DNA of 64,000 nucleotides from Candidatus Hydrogenedentota bacterium (GTDB lineage Bacteria; Hydrogenedentota; Hydrogenedentia; Hydrogenedentales; SLHB01): NCBI GenBank assembly GCA_963674865.2, contig CAXXYE010000008.1, positions 256,001 to 320,000 of the forward strand, read 5' to 3'. Shown piece by piece: positions 47,757 to 57,500 of this stretch (position 1 is its first letter; each line of letters starts with the position of its first letter). The notes under the pieces were generated by a model. It saw only the letters and a program-made list of their open reading frames with translations, ran no database searches and was not told where the DNA came from. The position numbers and the translations under genes were made by a program.

Positions 47757-50700
47757 ATGGCAGAAGTACAAGTGAAGAGCAGGGAGGCACGGCGTATCGG
47801 CTCCTACGCGATAGCGCTAGCTGTTTTCTGGTCGGGAGTTGTGCTCCTGTCCCTGGTATGGAATGTCCATCGCCAGCGCCTGGAAACGACCGAGGCGGCG
47901 CGCGCCGGGGCACGGGCCGTAGTCGATGAACACGTCCTCAATGACCGCTTGGACGAACTGCATCGGGAGGTCTTCTCGGACGCCGCCACTCCGGACGAGG
48001 GACATCCTGCGAGCGACTCGGGGGCGATTCAACGGCCCTCTCTGCCGACGTCGGCAAATTGGCGTGTGGGACTGAACACAATTCGAGGCGCGACCGCCCC
48101 AAAGCTTCATGCCAAGATCACCGCCCCCAATCCGCATAGTCCGGACAATGCGCCCGACTCGTGGGAAATCCGGGCATTCGCCGCTTTAGGACTTGGACAA
48201 TCCGAGGTCGACGCCATAGAGGAAGTGGACGGCGAACCGGTCATGCGCCTGATGCGGCCTATCGTCGCCGAGAAGATGTGTCTGGATTGCCACGGCACCG
48301 ATGAGACAAAGGCCGGCGACATTCTCGGAGGAATATCGGTCGCTGTACCGATGCGTCCCTTCCGGAGGGTGGGACGTGGCCACATGACCTCCATGTTCAC
48401 CGGGCACGGGCTTCTCTGGCTGTTCGGACTCATCGGGATCGTCGTCGGGCATCGCGGCCTTGGAACCAGTCTCGCGGAAACGAAACGCGCGCAGCATGCC
48501 TTGAGAGAGCGGGTCAAGGAACTGGATTGCCTCATGGCTATTGGGCGTATCGTTGAACCGAAGGACGCTATCCTTGAATCAACTATCGAGCAGGCCGTGC
48601 AGCTACTACCTCCCGCATTCCAGTTCCCTGAGGATACGGTGGCCTGTATTCGATGGGAAGATCGCGTCTTCGAAGCAGGCGACTTCGGCGCCAGTGTGTC
48701 CCGCTTGTCGGCGGGATTAGTCGTCGGCGGCCATACGGCCGGCTCGGTCGAGGTCGGCTACTGCACAGGACACCCGCCCATTCTCGAGGGAGAGCCGTTC
48801 CTTCAGGAGGAGAGAAGACTGATCGCGGCTTTTGCCGAGCGCTTGGGACATGTCATCGAGCGCATGCTCTCCATAGAGGCGCTAAACCTGTTCAGAAAAA
48901 CGGTGGAGAACTCAACGGATGCCATTGGGATGTCCACTCCGGAGGGGGAGCATTACTATCAAAACGAGGCCTTCAGTAATCTCTTTGGTGAAATCGGCGA
49001 GAGTGCGACAGCCACTGCATACGTGGATGAAGACGTCGGCAAAGAAGTATTTGAAACGATCATCGCCGGAGGGCAATGGGTCGGCGAAGCGAGGATGTAC
49101 ACAAAATCCAGGAGTGTGGCAGACATACTCCTTAGGGCCTATCCTAACAAAGACGCCAATGACCGGGTGATCGGACTTGTCGGCATACATACCGACATCA
49201 CCGAACGTAAACGGGCGGAGGAGGAACTTGAAGTATTTGGCCGTTTTGCCCATGAAGCCGCTTATGGCATAGGCTGGGCTGATATGGACGGTAAGGTCAT
49301 TTACGTCAATCCGACACTATGCAAAATGTTTGGAGAAGAACGGCCGGAAGATGTTCACGGTAAGCCCGTCGCTCAGTACTATGATGAAGAGACACAGCAG
49401 CGGCTCGCGGGCGAAATCCTTCCCGCTGTTCGTGATAATGGACAGTGGTCGGGTGAACTGGACATTCATGACCGACACGGGGGAAAAATAGCTACGCAGA
49501 ACAATCTCTTTGCCCTGTTCGATAAGGACGGCACTCCGCACTATTTCGCGAATCTGCTGACGGACATTACCGAACGCAAGCGTGCGGAGCAAGCCGTTGC
49601 CGAGTCGGCTCAAAAGTTTCGGGGCGTGGTCGAGAATATCGGCGTGGGTGTGGCTCTGATCGACCCGGACATGCGGGTCCTGTTCATGAACCGTCAGATG
49701 AAGGAGTGGTTTGGGGAGGCCGATGGCAATTCACCTCCCCTTTGCTATGAGTTCTTCAATGAGCCCGCCCGTTCGGAGCCGTGTAGCTACTGTCCCACGA
49801 TCCTCACCTTGCGCGACGGCAAGGTCCACGAGAGCATCACCGAGACGCCCGGCGGCGGCGAAGTCCGCAACTACCGCATTGTGTCGTCGGCTATTTTCGA
49901 CGGCCAGGGGCAAGTCGTTGCCGCCATAGAAATGGTGCAGGACATCACTATCGAGAAACAGGCCGAGGAGGCGTTGCGCAGCGCCAAGCTCGCCGCCGAG
50001 GAGTCCGCCCAGGCCAAGTCCTATTTCCTCGCGAACATGAGCCATGAGATACGCACGCCCATGAACGGAGTGATCGGAATGACCGGCCTTCTGCTCGATA
50101 CGGATTTGGACGTCGAGCAGCGCCAGTATGCGGAGATCGTCAAGAACAGCGCGGATTCTCTGCTAACGGTCATCAACGACATCCTTGACTTCTCGAAGAT
50201 CGACGCCGGCAAGCTGGACCTTGAAGTGCTGGATTTCGACCTGCGGACCGCTCTCGACGAAATGAACGACACCCTTGCCGCAAAGGCACAGGTTAAGGGC
50301 CTCGAGTACGTCTGCCACGTCGAGCTGGACGTGCCCTCATTTCTGCGGGGGGACCCTGGGCGGCTTCGCCAAGTGCTTACGAATCTCATCGGTAACGCGG
50401 CCAAATTCACCTCGGACGGCGAGATCAAGATACATGTCCTTCTAGAAAGGGAGGGCGACGATTATGCGATAGTCCGGTTTGCCGTGAGTGACACCGGTCT
50501 CGGCATCGCGCAAGACAGGTTAAGAAGCCTCTTCGAAGCGTTTAGCCAGGCGGACGCTTCCACGACGCGCAAGTACGGCGGTACTGGTTTGGGACTGTCT
50601 ATATCGCGGCAGTTGGTTGAGTTGATGGGCGGTGAAATCGGGGCCGAGAGTGAGGTGGGCAAGGGGTCCACATTCTGGTTCACGGCCCGCCTCGAGAAGC

Positions 50701-51662
50701 AGTCCGAGGGGGCGCACGCGGAACCGGCGGTTCCAGAAGACATTCGCGGCAAGCACATGCTGGTTGTGGATGACAACGCGACAAACCGTCTCGTCTTGAA
50801 AGAACGGTTACTTTCGTGGGATTGCCGGCACGACGAGGCCCCGGACGGGCGGATAGCGCTCGACAAGTTGAAAGCGGCCGAGGATGAGGGCGACCCCTTC
50901 GACATTGCCATTCTGGACATGCAGATGCCCGAAATGGACGGAGAGACGCTCGGACGGACGATCAAGGGCGACCCGGCACTCAGCGACGTACAACTCGTCA
51001 TGATGAGTTCCATCGGTCAGCGGGGAGACGCCGCACGGATGAAAGCGGCCGGCTTCTCCGCGTACTTGAGCAAGCCCGTGAAGCAATCGGAGTTCTTCGA
51101 CTGCCTCGCATCCGTGCTCGGCCACTCCACGACGCGGGAGATGTCAAGCGCCAAATCCTTAATCACGAAACACTCGCTTGCGGAAGACAAGAAGCGAAAG
51201 GTCCGCATTTTGCTCGCAGAGGACAATGTAGTCAACCAGAAGGTAGCCTTGAAGGTCCTCGAGAAGCTCGGTTATCGGGCCGACGCCGTAGCCAGCGGTA
51301 TCGAGGCCGTCAAGGCGTTGGAGTCCCTGCCCTATGACCTGGTACTGATGGATTGCCAGATGCCCGAGATGGATGGCTACGAGGCAACCGCCGCAATCCG
51401 CGATACTGGGTCCGCCGTTCAAGACCATCATGTTCCCGTTGTCGCCATGACGGCCAATGCGATGAAAGGCGACCGCGAGAAATGTATCGCGGCGGGCATG
51501 GACGACTACATCGCGAAACCTGTTAATCCAAAGGAGCTCCATGAGGCCATCAAGCGGAACCTGGAGGCGGCCGCCGTACAGGGCACTCAGCCGGTCTCAA
51601 AGGAGGAGCCGCCATCCTATTGCGCCGCCCAGGCAGCTGCCACCCAGCAGGGAAGCGCATGA
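47757..51662 (+). CDS. Membrane hybrid histidine kinase with DUF3365-like heme-c sensor, PAS domains and two REC domains
   Basis: Two TM segments flanking NAPDSWE...CLDCH...GGISV; ANMSHEIRTPMN; two receiver domains. Confidence 0.93.
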   Translation: MAEVQVKSREARRIGSYAIALAVFWSGVVLLSLVWNVHRQRLETTEAARAGARAVVDEHVLNDRLDELHREVFSDAATPDEGHPASDSGAIQRPSLPTSANWRVGLNTIRGATAPKLHAKITAPNPHSPDNAPDSWEIRAFAALGLGQSEVDAIEEVDGEPVMRLMRPIVAEKMCLDCHGTDETKAGDILGGISVAVPMRPFRRVGRGHMTSMFTGHGLLWLFGLIGIVVGHRGLGTSLAETKRAQHALRERVKELDCLMAIGRIVEPKDAILESTIEQAVQLLPPAFQFPEDTVACIRWEDRVFEAGDFGASVSRLSAGLVVGGHTAGSVEVGYCTGHPPILEGEPFLQEERRLIAAFAERLGHVIERMLSIEALNLFRKTVENSTDAIGMSTPEGEHYYQNEAFSNLFGEIGESATATAYVDEDVGKEVFETIIAGGQWVGEARMYTKSRSVADILLRAYPNKDANDRVIGLVGIHTDITERKRAEEELEVFGRFAHEAAYGIGWADMDGKVIYVNPTLCKMFGEERPEDVHGKPVAQYYDEETQQRLAGEILPAVRDNGQWSGELDIHDRHGGKIATQNNLFALFDKDGTPHYFANLLTDITERKRAEQAVAESAQKFRGVVENIGVGVALIDPDMRVLFMNRQMKEWFGEADGNSPPLCYEFFNEPARSEPCSYCPTILTLRDGKVHESITETPGGGEVRNYRIVSSAIFDGQGQVVAAIEMVQDITIEKQAEEALRSAKLAAEESAQAKSYFLANMSHEIRTPMNGVIGMTGLLLDTDLDVEQRQYAEIVKNSADSLLTVINDILDFSKIDAGKLDLEVLDFDLRTALDEMNDTLAAKAQVKGLEYVCHVELDVPSFLRGDPGRLRQVLTNLIGNAAKFTSDGEIKIHVLLEREGDDYAIVRFAVSDTGLGIAQDRLRSLFEAFSQADASTTRKYGGTGLGLSISRQLVELMGGEIGAESEVGKGSTFWFTARLEKQSEGAHAEPAVPEDIRGKHMLVVDDNATNRLVLKERLLSWDCRHDEAPDGRIALDKLKAAEDEGDPFDIAILDMQMPEMDGETLGRTIKGDPALSDVQLVMMSSIGQRGDAARMKAAGFSAYLSKPVKQSEFFDCLASVLGHSTTREMSSAKSLITKHSLAEDKKRKVRILLAEDNVVNQKVALKVLEKLGYRADAVASGIEAVKALESLPYDLVLMDCQMPEMDGYEATAAIRDTGSAVQDHHVPVVAMTANAMKGDREKCIAAGMDDYIAKPVNPKELHEAIKRNLEAAAVQGTQPVSKEEPPSYCAAQAAATQQGSA

Positions 51663-51808
51663 TGTTTCGGGATGCCCGGAGCGATGGTTCGGAGCCGGAG
51701 GCCGAGGCGAAACTGGGAAATCACCCCAGAACGGTTCTCGTGGTCAGCGAGGACCGGGCGTTGATCAATGAGGTGGCGCAGCTTGTTCAAGATTCTAGGG
51801 AGCTAAAC
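51659..51808 (+). pseudogene. Receiver-domain N-terminal fragment
   Basis: ATGA overlap; RTVLVVSEDRALINEVAQLV...LNV, then joins IS110 sequence. Confidence 0.45.
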
Positions 51809-52031
51809 GTGCGCGGCAAGACGCACATGTGCAAGCGCGGCAACGAACGCGTTCGTCACGCCCCTTTCGGCCATGGCGACGCTGAATACCAAACGCCCCA
51901 ACAGTCTCAGCCTAGTACACCAACGTCTATGCGAAGAGGGCAAAGAAGGGAAAGCCGCCCTCGGCGCCGTCATGCGCAAACAGCTCACCGTCATGCGCGC
52001 CGTCCTAATCCGTGGAAAACCTTACGACCCA
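51809..52031 (+). mobile_element. IS110-family transposase C-terminal remnant
   Basis: VRGKTHMCKRGNERVRHA, frameshift, then HQRLCEEGKEGKAALGAVMRKQL...GKPYDP. Confidence 0.8.
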
Positions 52032-52060
52032 ATGTTCAGAGGCTCTGGAAAACTCACCAG

Positions 52061-53066
52061 TCAACCGCCACAGGAAGGATGCAGGCTGGCTCGTGTCGTG
52101 CTCCACCCAAGCTGCTTCCGAAGCTCCATGACAACATGGTTCTCCACCAGAGGTCCGATCACATGTTCCGGAACCTCGTTAACTGAATCTACTCCCAGAA
52201 GATAAGCCATCAGACCGGTGTCGCATAAGATGACCTTGGGCGACTTGACTAGCCGCTTTCCGAGATTCGCCGACCACGGCGTTAGCGGCTGGACCAGGAA
52301 GGTTGTCTCCAGCAACGCCATGTACCGTTTGAGCGTCGACTGCGGGAGCTCCAGTGAACGTGACAGCTCTGAGTAATTCAGCAGGCACGATGAGCGCATG
52401 GCGAGAAGACGGAGCATCCGAGGAAGAATCGTCAGATGCTCGATGTTTGCTAAATGCCTGACGTCGCGCCGCAAGATGGTTGTGATGTAGGAATTGAACC
52501 AAGCAGTCCTGCGTCGGGCGGTCTTGCGCGACACCACCTCTGGGAAACCTCCCGTGATGACCTTCTCGAGAAGCTTCTGTCGTGATTCAGCAAAGTGGGG
52601 CAAGAAGAAGTCACCTTCTGAGAACACGCTGTCTATGAATGATCCGTTCGCCCCGCTCAACTCGCTCGCGGAAAACGGCCACAGCGTAAGGATCTCCATC
52701 CGTCCAGCTAGGGACTCAGACAGATTCGGAAGCAGGAGTACATCGGCCGATCCTGTGAGAAGAAAACGTCCGGGCCGCCGGTCTCGGTCTACTTGGACTT
52801 TGATGGCGGGGAAGAGCTCTGGGGCATGTTGTACTTCGTCCAGAACCACGGGACCGTCAAGCCCGGACAGGAAGCCCGTTCAGTCCTCAGCAGCCGCCGC
52901 CAGCACGGTGGCATCATCCAAGGTGAGATACCGTCCCCCGCTGATGTTTTCTGTGTACCACTTGGCAAGCGTGCTCTTGCCAGTCTGGCGGGCACCGTTG
53001 AGCAACACCACGGGCGTGTCTGCCATGGCTTCTGTAAAACCATCCGATATACTATCGCCGAATCAT
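52061..53066 (-). pseudogene. AAA_14/DUF4143 ATPase, disrupted
   Basis: GARQTGKST Walker A, VLDEVQ, LLTGS, ESLAGR, GGFPE, KSPK...DTGL. Early frameshift, TGA at 52880-52882, 3' truncation. Confidence 0.9.
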
Positions 53067-53149
53067 GGCGTAATTGTAGCCAATGCGTGGTTGATTTGTT
53101 AACGCATTGCTTCGCTTCCTTTCGCTGAGGTTGCCTGGAACTCAACACC

Positions 53150-53194
53150 GTAAGTTCAATGGCAGCAACGTGTACGGATCAATGCGAACGACAG
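53150..53194. repeat. 45-bp dispersed direct repeat, copy 2
   Basis: GTAAGTTCAATGGCAGCAACGTGTACGGATCAATGCGAACGACAG. Confidence 0.8.
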
Positions 53195-53227
53195 CAGGAT
53201 TCGAACCTGCGACCTTGGTCTATGAGC
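53194..53227 (-). other. Degenerate tRNA-Met(CAT) fragment, att-like remnant, copy 2
   Basis: Minus strand GCTCATAGACCAAGGTCGCAGGTTCGAATCCTGC (anticodon loop + T-arm); 22/23 match to 6494-6516. Confidence 0.75.
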
Positions 53228-53302
53228 GTAACCGAGTCAAGCCCGTTACCGCTTAGAACCCATTAGAGAATTGGGCATCGTTGCGACTGAGGCCACACGA
53301 CC

Positions 53303-53331
53303 TTGACAGAATAGACTGAAGCATCTACAAT
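53303..53331 (+). promoter_or_regulatory. Near-consensus sigma70 promoter
   Basis: TTGACA-N17-TACAAT upstream of the secreted-protein operon. Confidence 0.75.
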
Positions 53332-53457
53332 GCCAATCACGGTAAACGCAGGCTTGGGCACTGGGGAAGCAGCGCACTGGCTCTTCGCAAATGGTAGGAG
53401 TCGAACTCCTTTTGTCCACGGTGCTTGCGTTCATGCTCCAAGCAGAAAGCAGTATGG

Positions 53458-54597
53458 ATGGAGACTGCAAGGGCGCGGCGCGATTCATGTACGCGTAGCG
53501 CAATACCGATCTCACGCCTATTTCGTCTCGCTCCCGGAGCACTGAAGGTCCTTCCTCTTGTTTTCCTCGTCTCGTTTGGGGCGTCGGCCCAATCCCGCCT
53601 TGTTACGGAGCAGAACATCGCAGACGCTATCCTCGAGCGCCAGACATTTCTTCCTGTGGAAATGGATTCGCTCGATCTGAACCGGGACGGCGCCGTAAAC
53701 ATCGCCGATCTTACCTTCCATATGCTGCGAACGCTCAATCTCGTGCCCAGCGTTTCGTTTGAGACTTCCGCTACCAAGGTTTTTGAGGGCGACGGGAACG
53801 TGCAGGTGCATTTGCTGTTCACGAAAGAGATGACGGTTGCCACCAACCTGACCTTCACCGTCGGAGGCACGGCAACCTACGGCCCCGACGGCGATTACAC
53901 GATTCAGGGGTACGATTCCGTCGCCGGGCAGGGCGCCGTCGCGCTCAGCCCCGGCGACACCGAGGCTACTATCCTGATAACCGTGTCTGATGACGCCGTC
54001 TTTGACGAGGGTGTCGAGTCGGTTACACTTTCACTTACGGGGGGCAGCACGCAGACCTATTTCTTGGGCGCAGGGCAGACGCACTTCTTCTACATCGACG
54101 ACAATGATACGGTTTGGGTCGCAGGCGCCGATTTCCAGAATGGCGGGAGGTACGAGTCTTTCCGGCTCGAAATCACGCAGAACAATGGGATATTCGACGG
54201 ACGCGTGCTTTCAGACGACCTGCTAATTCCCCGGCCCGAGGAGGGCGATGCAGACGCCCGGGGAGATGACGGTTGGGACGCCCGGTTCTACGCGGGCACT
54301 CAGACACTGCGGATCGAGATCGGGCCGATTCCTATTGACCGTGTGCAGTCGCTGTTTGACGCGCATCAGACCCGCTCGTACGTCCTCGAGATCGGCCCTG
54401 GGCTGGGAACATACGAGTACGATCCGAATCACCAGTTCACAGGGTTAGCGACAACGAGTATCGAAGCCGTGAAGAGCCGTCTCGGCCCGAGGAATCAGCG
54501 GCTTAGGTTCTTGAATCGCGAACTCGTCGGGGATCTGGTACTCCGAAGGCAGCCGTCGAAAGTAGTCAGTCAGGAAATCGTTTTTGAGGATGAATAG
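53458..54597 (+). CDS. Secreted protein with dockerin-like EF-hand and Calx-beta domain (start uncertain)
   Basis: Signal-like LVFLVSFGASA-Q; DLNRDGAVNIADL; VSF...EGDG...GGTAT...DY...DDAVFDEGVESVTLSL...IDDND. Confidence 0.8.
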   Translation: METARARRDSCTRSAIPISRLFRLAPGALKVLPLVFLVSFGASAQSRLVTEQNIADAILERQTFLPVEMDSLDLNRDGAVNIADLTFHMLRTLNLVPSVSFETSATKVFEGDGNVQVHLLFTKEMTVATNLTFTVGGTATYGPDGDYTIQGYDSVAGQGAVALSPGDTEATILITVSDDAVFDEGVESVTLSLTGGSTQTYFLGAGQTHFFYIDDNDTVWVAGADFQNGGRYESFRLEITQNNGIFDGRVLSDDLLIPRPEEGDADARGDDGWDARFYAGTQTLRIEIGPIPIDRVQSLFDAHQTRSYVLEIGPGLGTYEYDPNHQFTGLATTSIEAVKSRLGPRNQRLRFLNRELVGDLVLRRQPSKVVSQEIVFEDE

Positions 54598-57500
54598 CAA
54601 CGAAGCACATAGGAAAGGCCCGCTGCTGCCGGGATGGCGCATGAGTCCGATGCGGTGCGGCGTGCTTGCGGTCCTGCTGCTTGCTGCTTCGATGCTTGCG
54701 CAGGGCCAGTCGGACCTGCCGACCGACTTGGTCATCACCGTCGACAACAACAGGGCGTACGTTTCTCCCGGACAGAACGTCACCTACGAGATCGTCGTCA
54801 ACAACTACGGTCCGAACGCCGTGGTGGGCGCCCTCGTGGAAGATTCGTTTCCGGTCGAACTGACCACGGTGACTTGGGAGGCGAGTCCGACGGCGGGCGC
54901 CACATCGGCGCTGGGTTGGGGGAGCGGGGACATCTCGGACACGGTGGATATTCCTGTCGGTGATCGGGTCGTGTATACCGTTTGGGCCGTCGTCGACCCC
55001 TTCTCCGTCGGCTCGGTCGCGAACACGGCTACTGTAACGGCGCCGCCAGGGTTCCTGGACGTCTTCGAGGATAACAACACGTCGACAGACGAAGATCCAA
55101 TTGAGTTTCAGAGTGTCGCCCGCATTCAGCCTTTCTACCGGAATGGCTGGCCGAGTCCGAATGCGTTCGCGCAGCCGGGGGACACGCCGCCGGATCAGGG
55201 CACGGTCGCGTTCAACGGCCATGTCGGCGACTGGAGCGCTCCCGCCGACCCGAGTGCCGGTTCGCCGCGATTCGTTCTCAAGACCTCGTCGTTCGGACAG
55301 CCGCTGGGGCAGTACATCTCGGCGGCAGTGGACATTGACGGCATTCTCCTGGATGCCGTCGATGAGTTGTTCTATGTGCCCGGAAATTCATCGGATCAGA
55401 ACAACCGGGCGGCCTTCCGCTTCATCAACACTCTGTTTACGACCGATTCCGGGAGCGCCGTGGACGAGATTCAACGGCGTCTCGACAACGGCTTGGTCTA
55501 CGACACGACGATCGACCCCTCTGATGACAATTGGAATGTGTCACCGGCGACGGGGATCTCGGACGAAGAACGGGCGCTGCATGTCGCGGACGAGATCAAG
55601 CCGCTCCTGCAGGCATTTCCCCACGATCGCGAGTTGCGCAACCTGCTGCTCGACATCTACTACTATCGGACGTTGGGGCGGCAAATGGTCGCCAAGCAGA
55701 AGGTGGTCGAAGCGTACCAACTGAACTTCTCCGAGGTCCTGTCGGACGACGTTTCGTTCGGCACGCCAATCAACAGGGAAATAGACGCGTTCAAAGTGGC
55801 TTCCGAGGCTTTGCGCGGGGTGCTGAATCCATATATCGAGCTGCTAACGGACGACTTGGGCGTCGATATCGCCACGCAAGTCGACGCATCCTACACCGGC
55901 GATCTTCCTTTCGGCTTCTACGTTTTCCGCCAGGAGGTGCCGAACCGTTCGGTTTACGCGCCCACGTTTGTCGACTACTTCCCGGACACAGGCACGGTAT
56001 CCGGTACGCCGGCCCAGGTTCTCGATGATGAGCGGCAAGCGCCGGTGCTGTTTGTCTCGCCCACGTCGTTCCTCGTCGATGCGGACGGAAATCCGGACGG
56101 CTCGACGGTGAACGAAGTGACCTTTACGATTGAAAATTTTGGGGCCGGATCGGACGGAGCGGGCGACCTGTATTGGGAGGCCGTGGTAGTAAATCCCACG
56201 ACTTCGTCGGGCAAGGGAATCAAGATGCTCTCGCTCGACATCGGCGATGGCGAGTGGGGCAGCCGACTTGCCAGCGAGAATCCCATCGAGCCTCCCCCGG
56301 CGGGAACTCCGGCGACAGTAACGGTCAAGATTGAAGCGAACGATTCCGTCCTCAGGCGGAGCGGCAAAATCGAGGTGCGCGACATTTCGGGCAAGGCGGA
56401 CGCCCTTACGTACACGGTGATTGTCTCGCAGTCCGGGCACACCCAGCGCGTTTTAGGCGTCGAGCCGGAAGAGGTGTATTACACGACGCCGCCGAGCCAG
56501 GTTTTCCCGGTGAACATTTCAAACCTTGGGTCAGGCACGCTCGACTGGAAAGCGACCGTCATTGATACGGGACTGCCGTCGGGGATGACGGTCTCACTTA
56601 CCTGGTGGCCCCTGGAGTGGCCCTACCACATTCTCCCTCAATACGTCTCGGAAATCACCGGATGGGATGCGGCTGTTGTCAAGGTGAAGGTTGACAATGC
56701 GCCCACAGACTCTCAGGCGATCGATATTGTCAAGATCGAGCAAGTGAACCTTGCCTCCGAGACGACAACCATCACGTTGCATACTGGAGGCCACACTACA
56801 GCCAAGACACTTTCTGTTCCTTTGTTGAGCGTGTATCCGGATTTGATCGCCCTAAGCAGCGAGGCGATCACGCGAAGCTTCAGCATCAACGACGTGGCGA
56901 GCGTAGGCGATGTAACAGTGACGTCGACCGTTCCCTGGATATCCGTCCAACCCGTCGAGACCGGCCCGGTCCAGCTCGATATTGCCGAGAATACCTCGTC
57001 GAGCGTGCGTACCGGCTACATTACCGTTCGGGCGTCGGAAACGGGCAGCCAATCTTGTGTGGTGACGGTTATTCAGGATGGGGCCTCGGACGCCGGATTG
57101 GTGGTCAATCCCATTCAGCGCTATGCCGGCAACGAAAGCGGCGAGGTATCTAGCGGGGAAGGCTTTGACGTTATCCGCGTGGGGAGCGGGGACCTTTCCT
57201 GGACGAGCCAGGTGTCGAAGGGCGGCCACTGGCTAAAGATCGTGGCGGGCGAGTCCGGTACGAACGATGGCGAGGTTCTCTACTCCTACGACGAGAATAC
57301 GAGCCTGCACGGCAGGACCGGCGAGATCGTCATTCAAGCGCCTGATGCCGTCGATGGCCAGAACCTGGTGGCCGTCCAGGTGTTTCAGCGTGGCGCGGAG
57401 AACACTCAGGTTCTGACCGGGGGATTCAAGGATCTTATCCTGCTGTTTGACGTGATGCGCGACGACGCCCAGGTCAACAAGGAGTTGGCCAAGCGCTACG

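Noticed and set aside
17294..52882. Recoded TGA (selenocysteine or alternative code) explaining several in-frame stops
   Set aside because: Most of these genes also have frameshifts or truncations, and TGA is the normal stop of many intact genes here.
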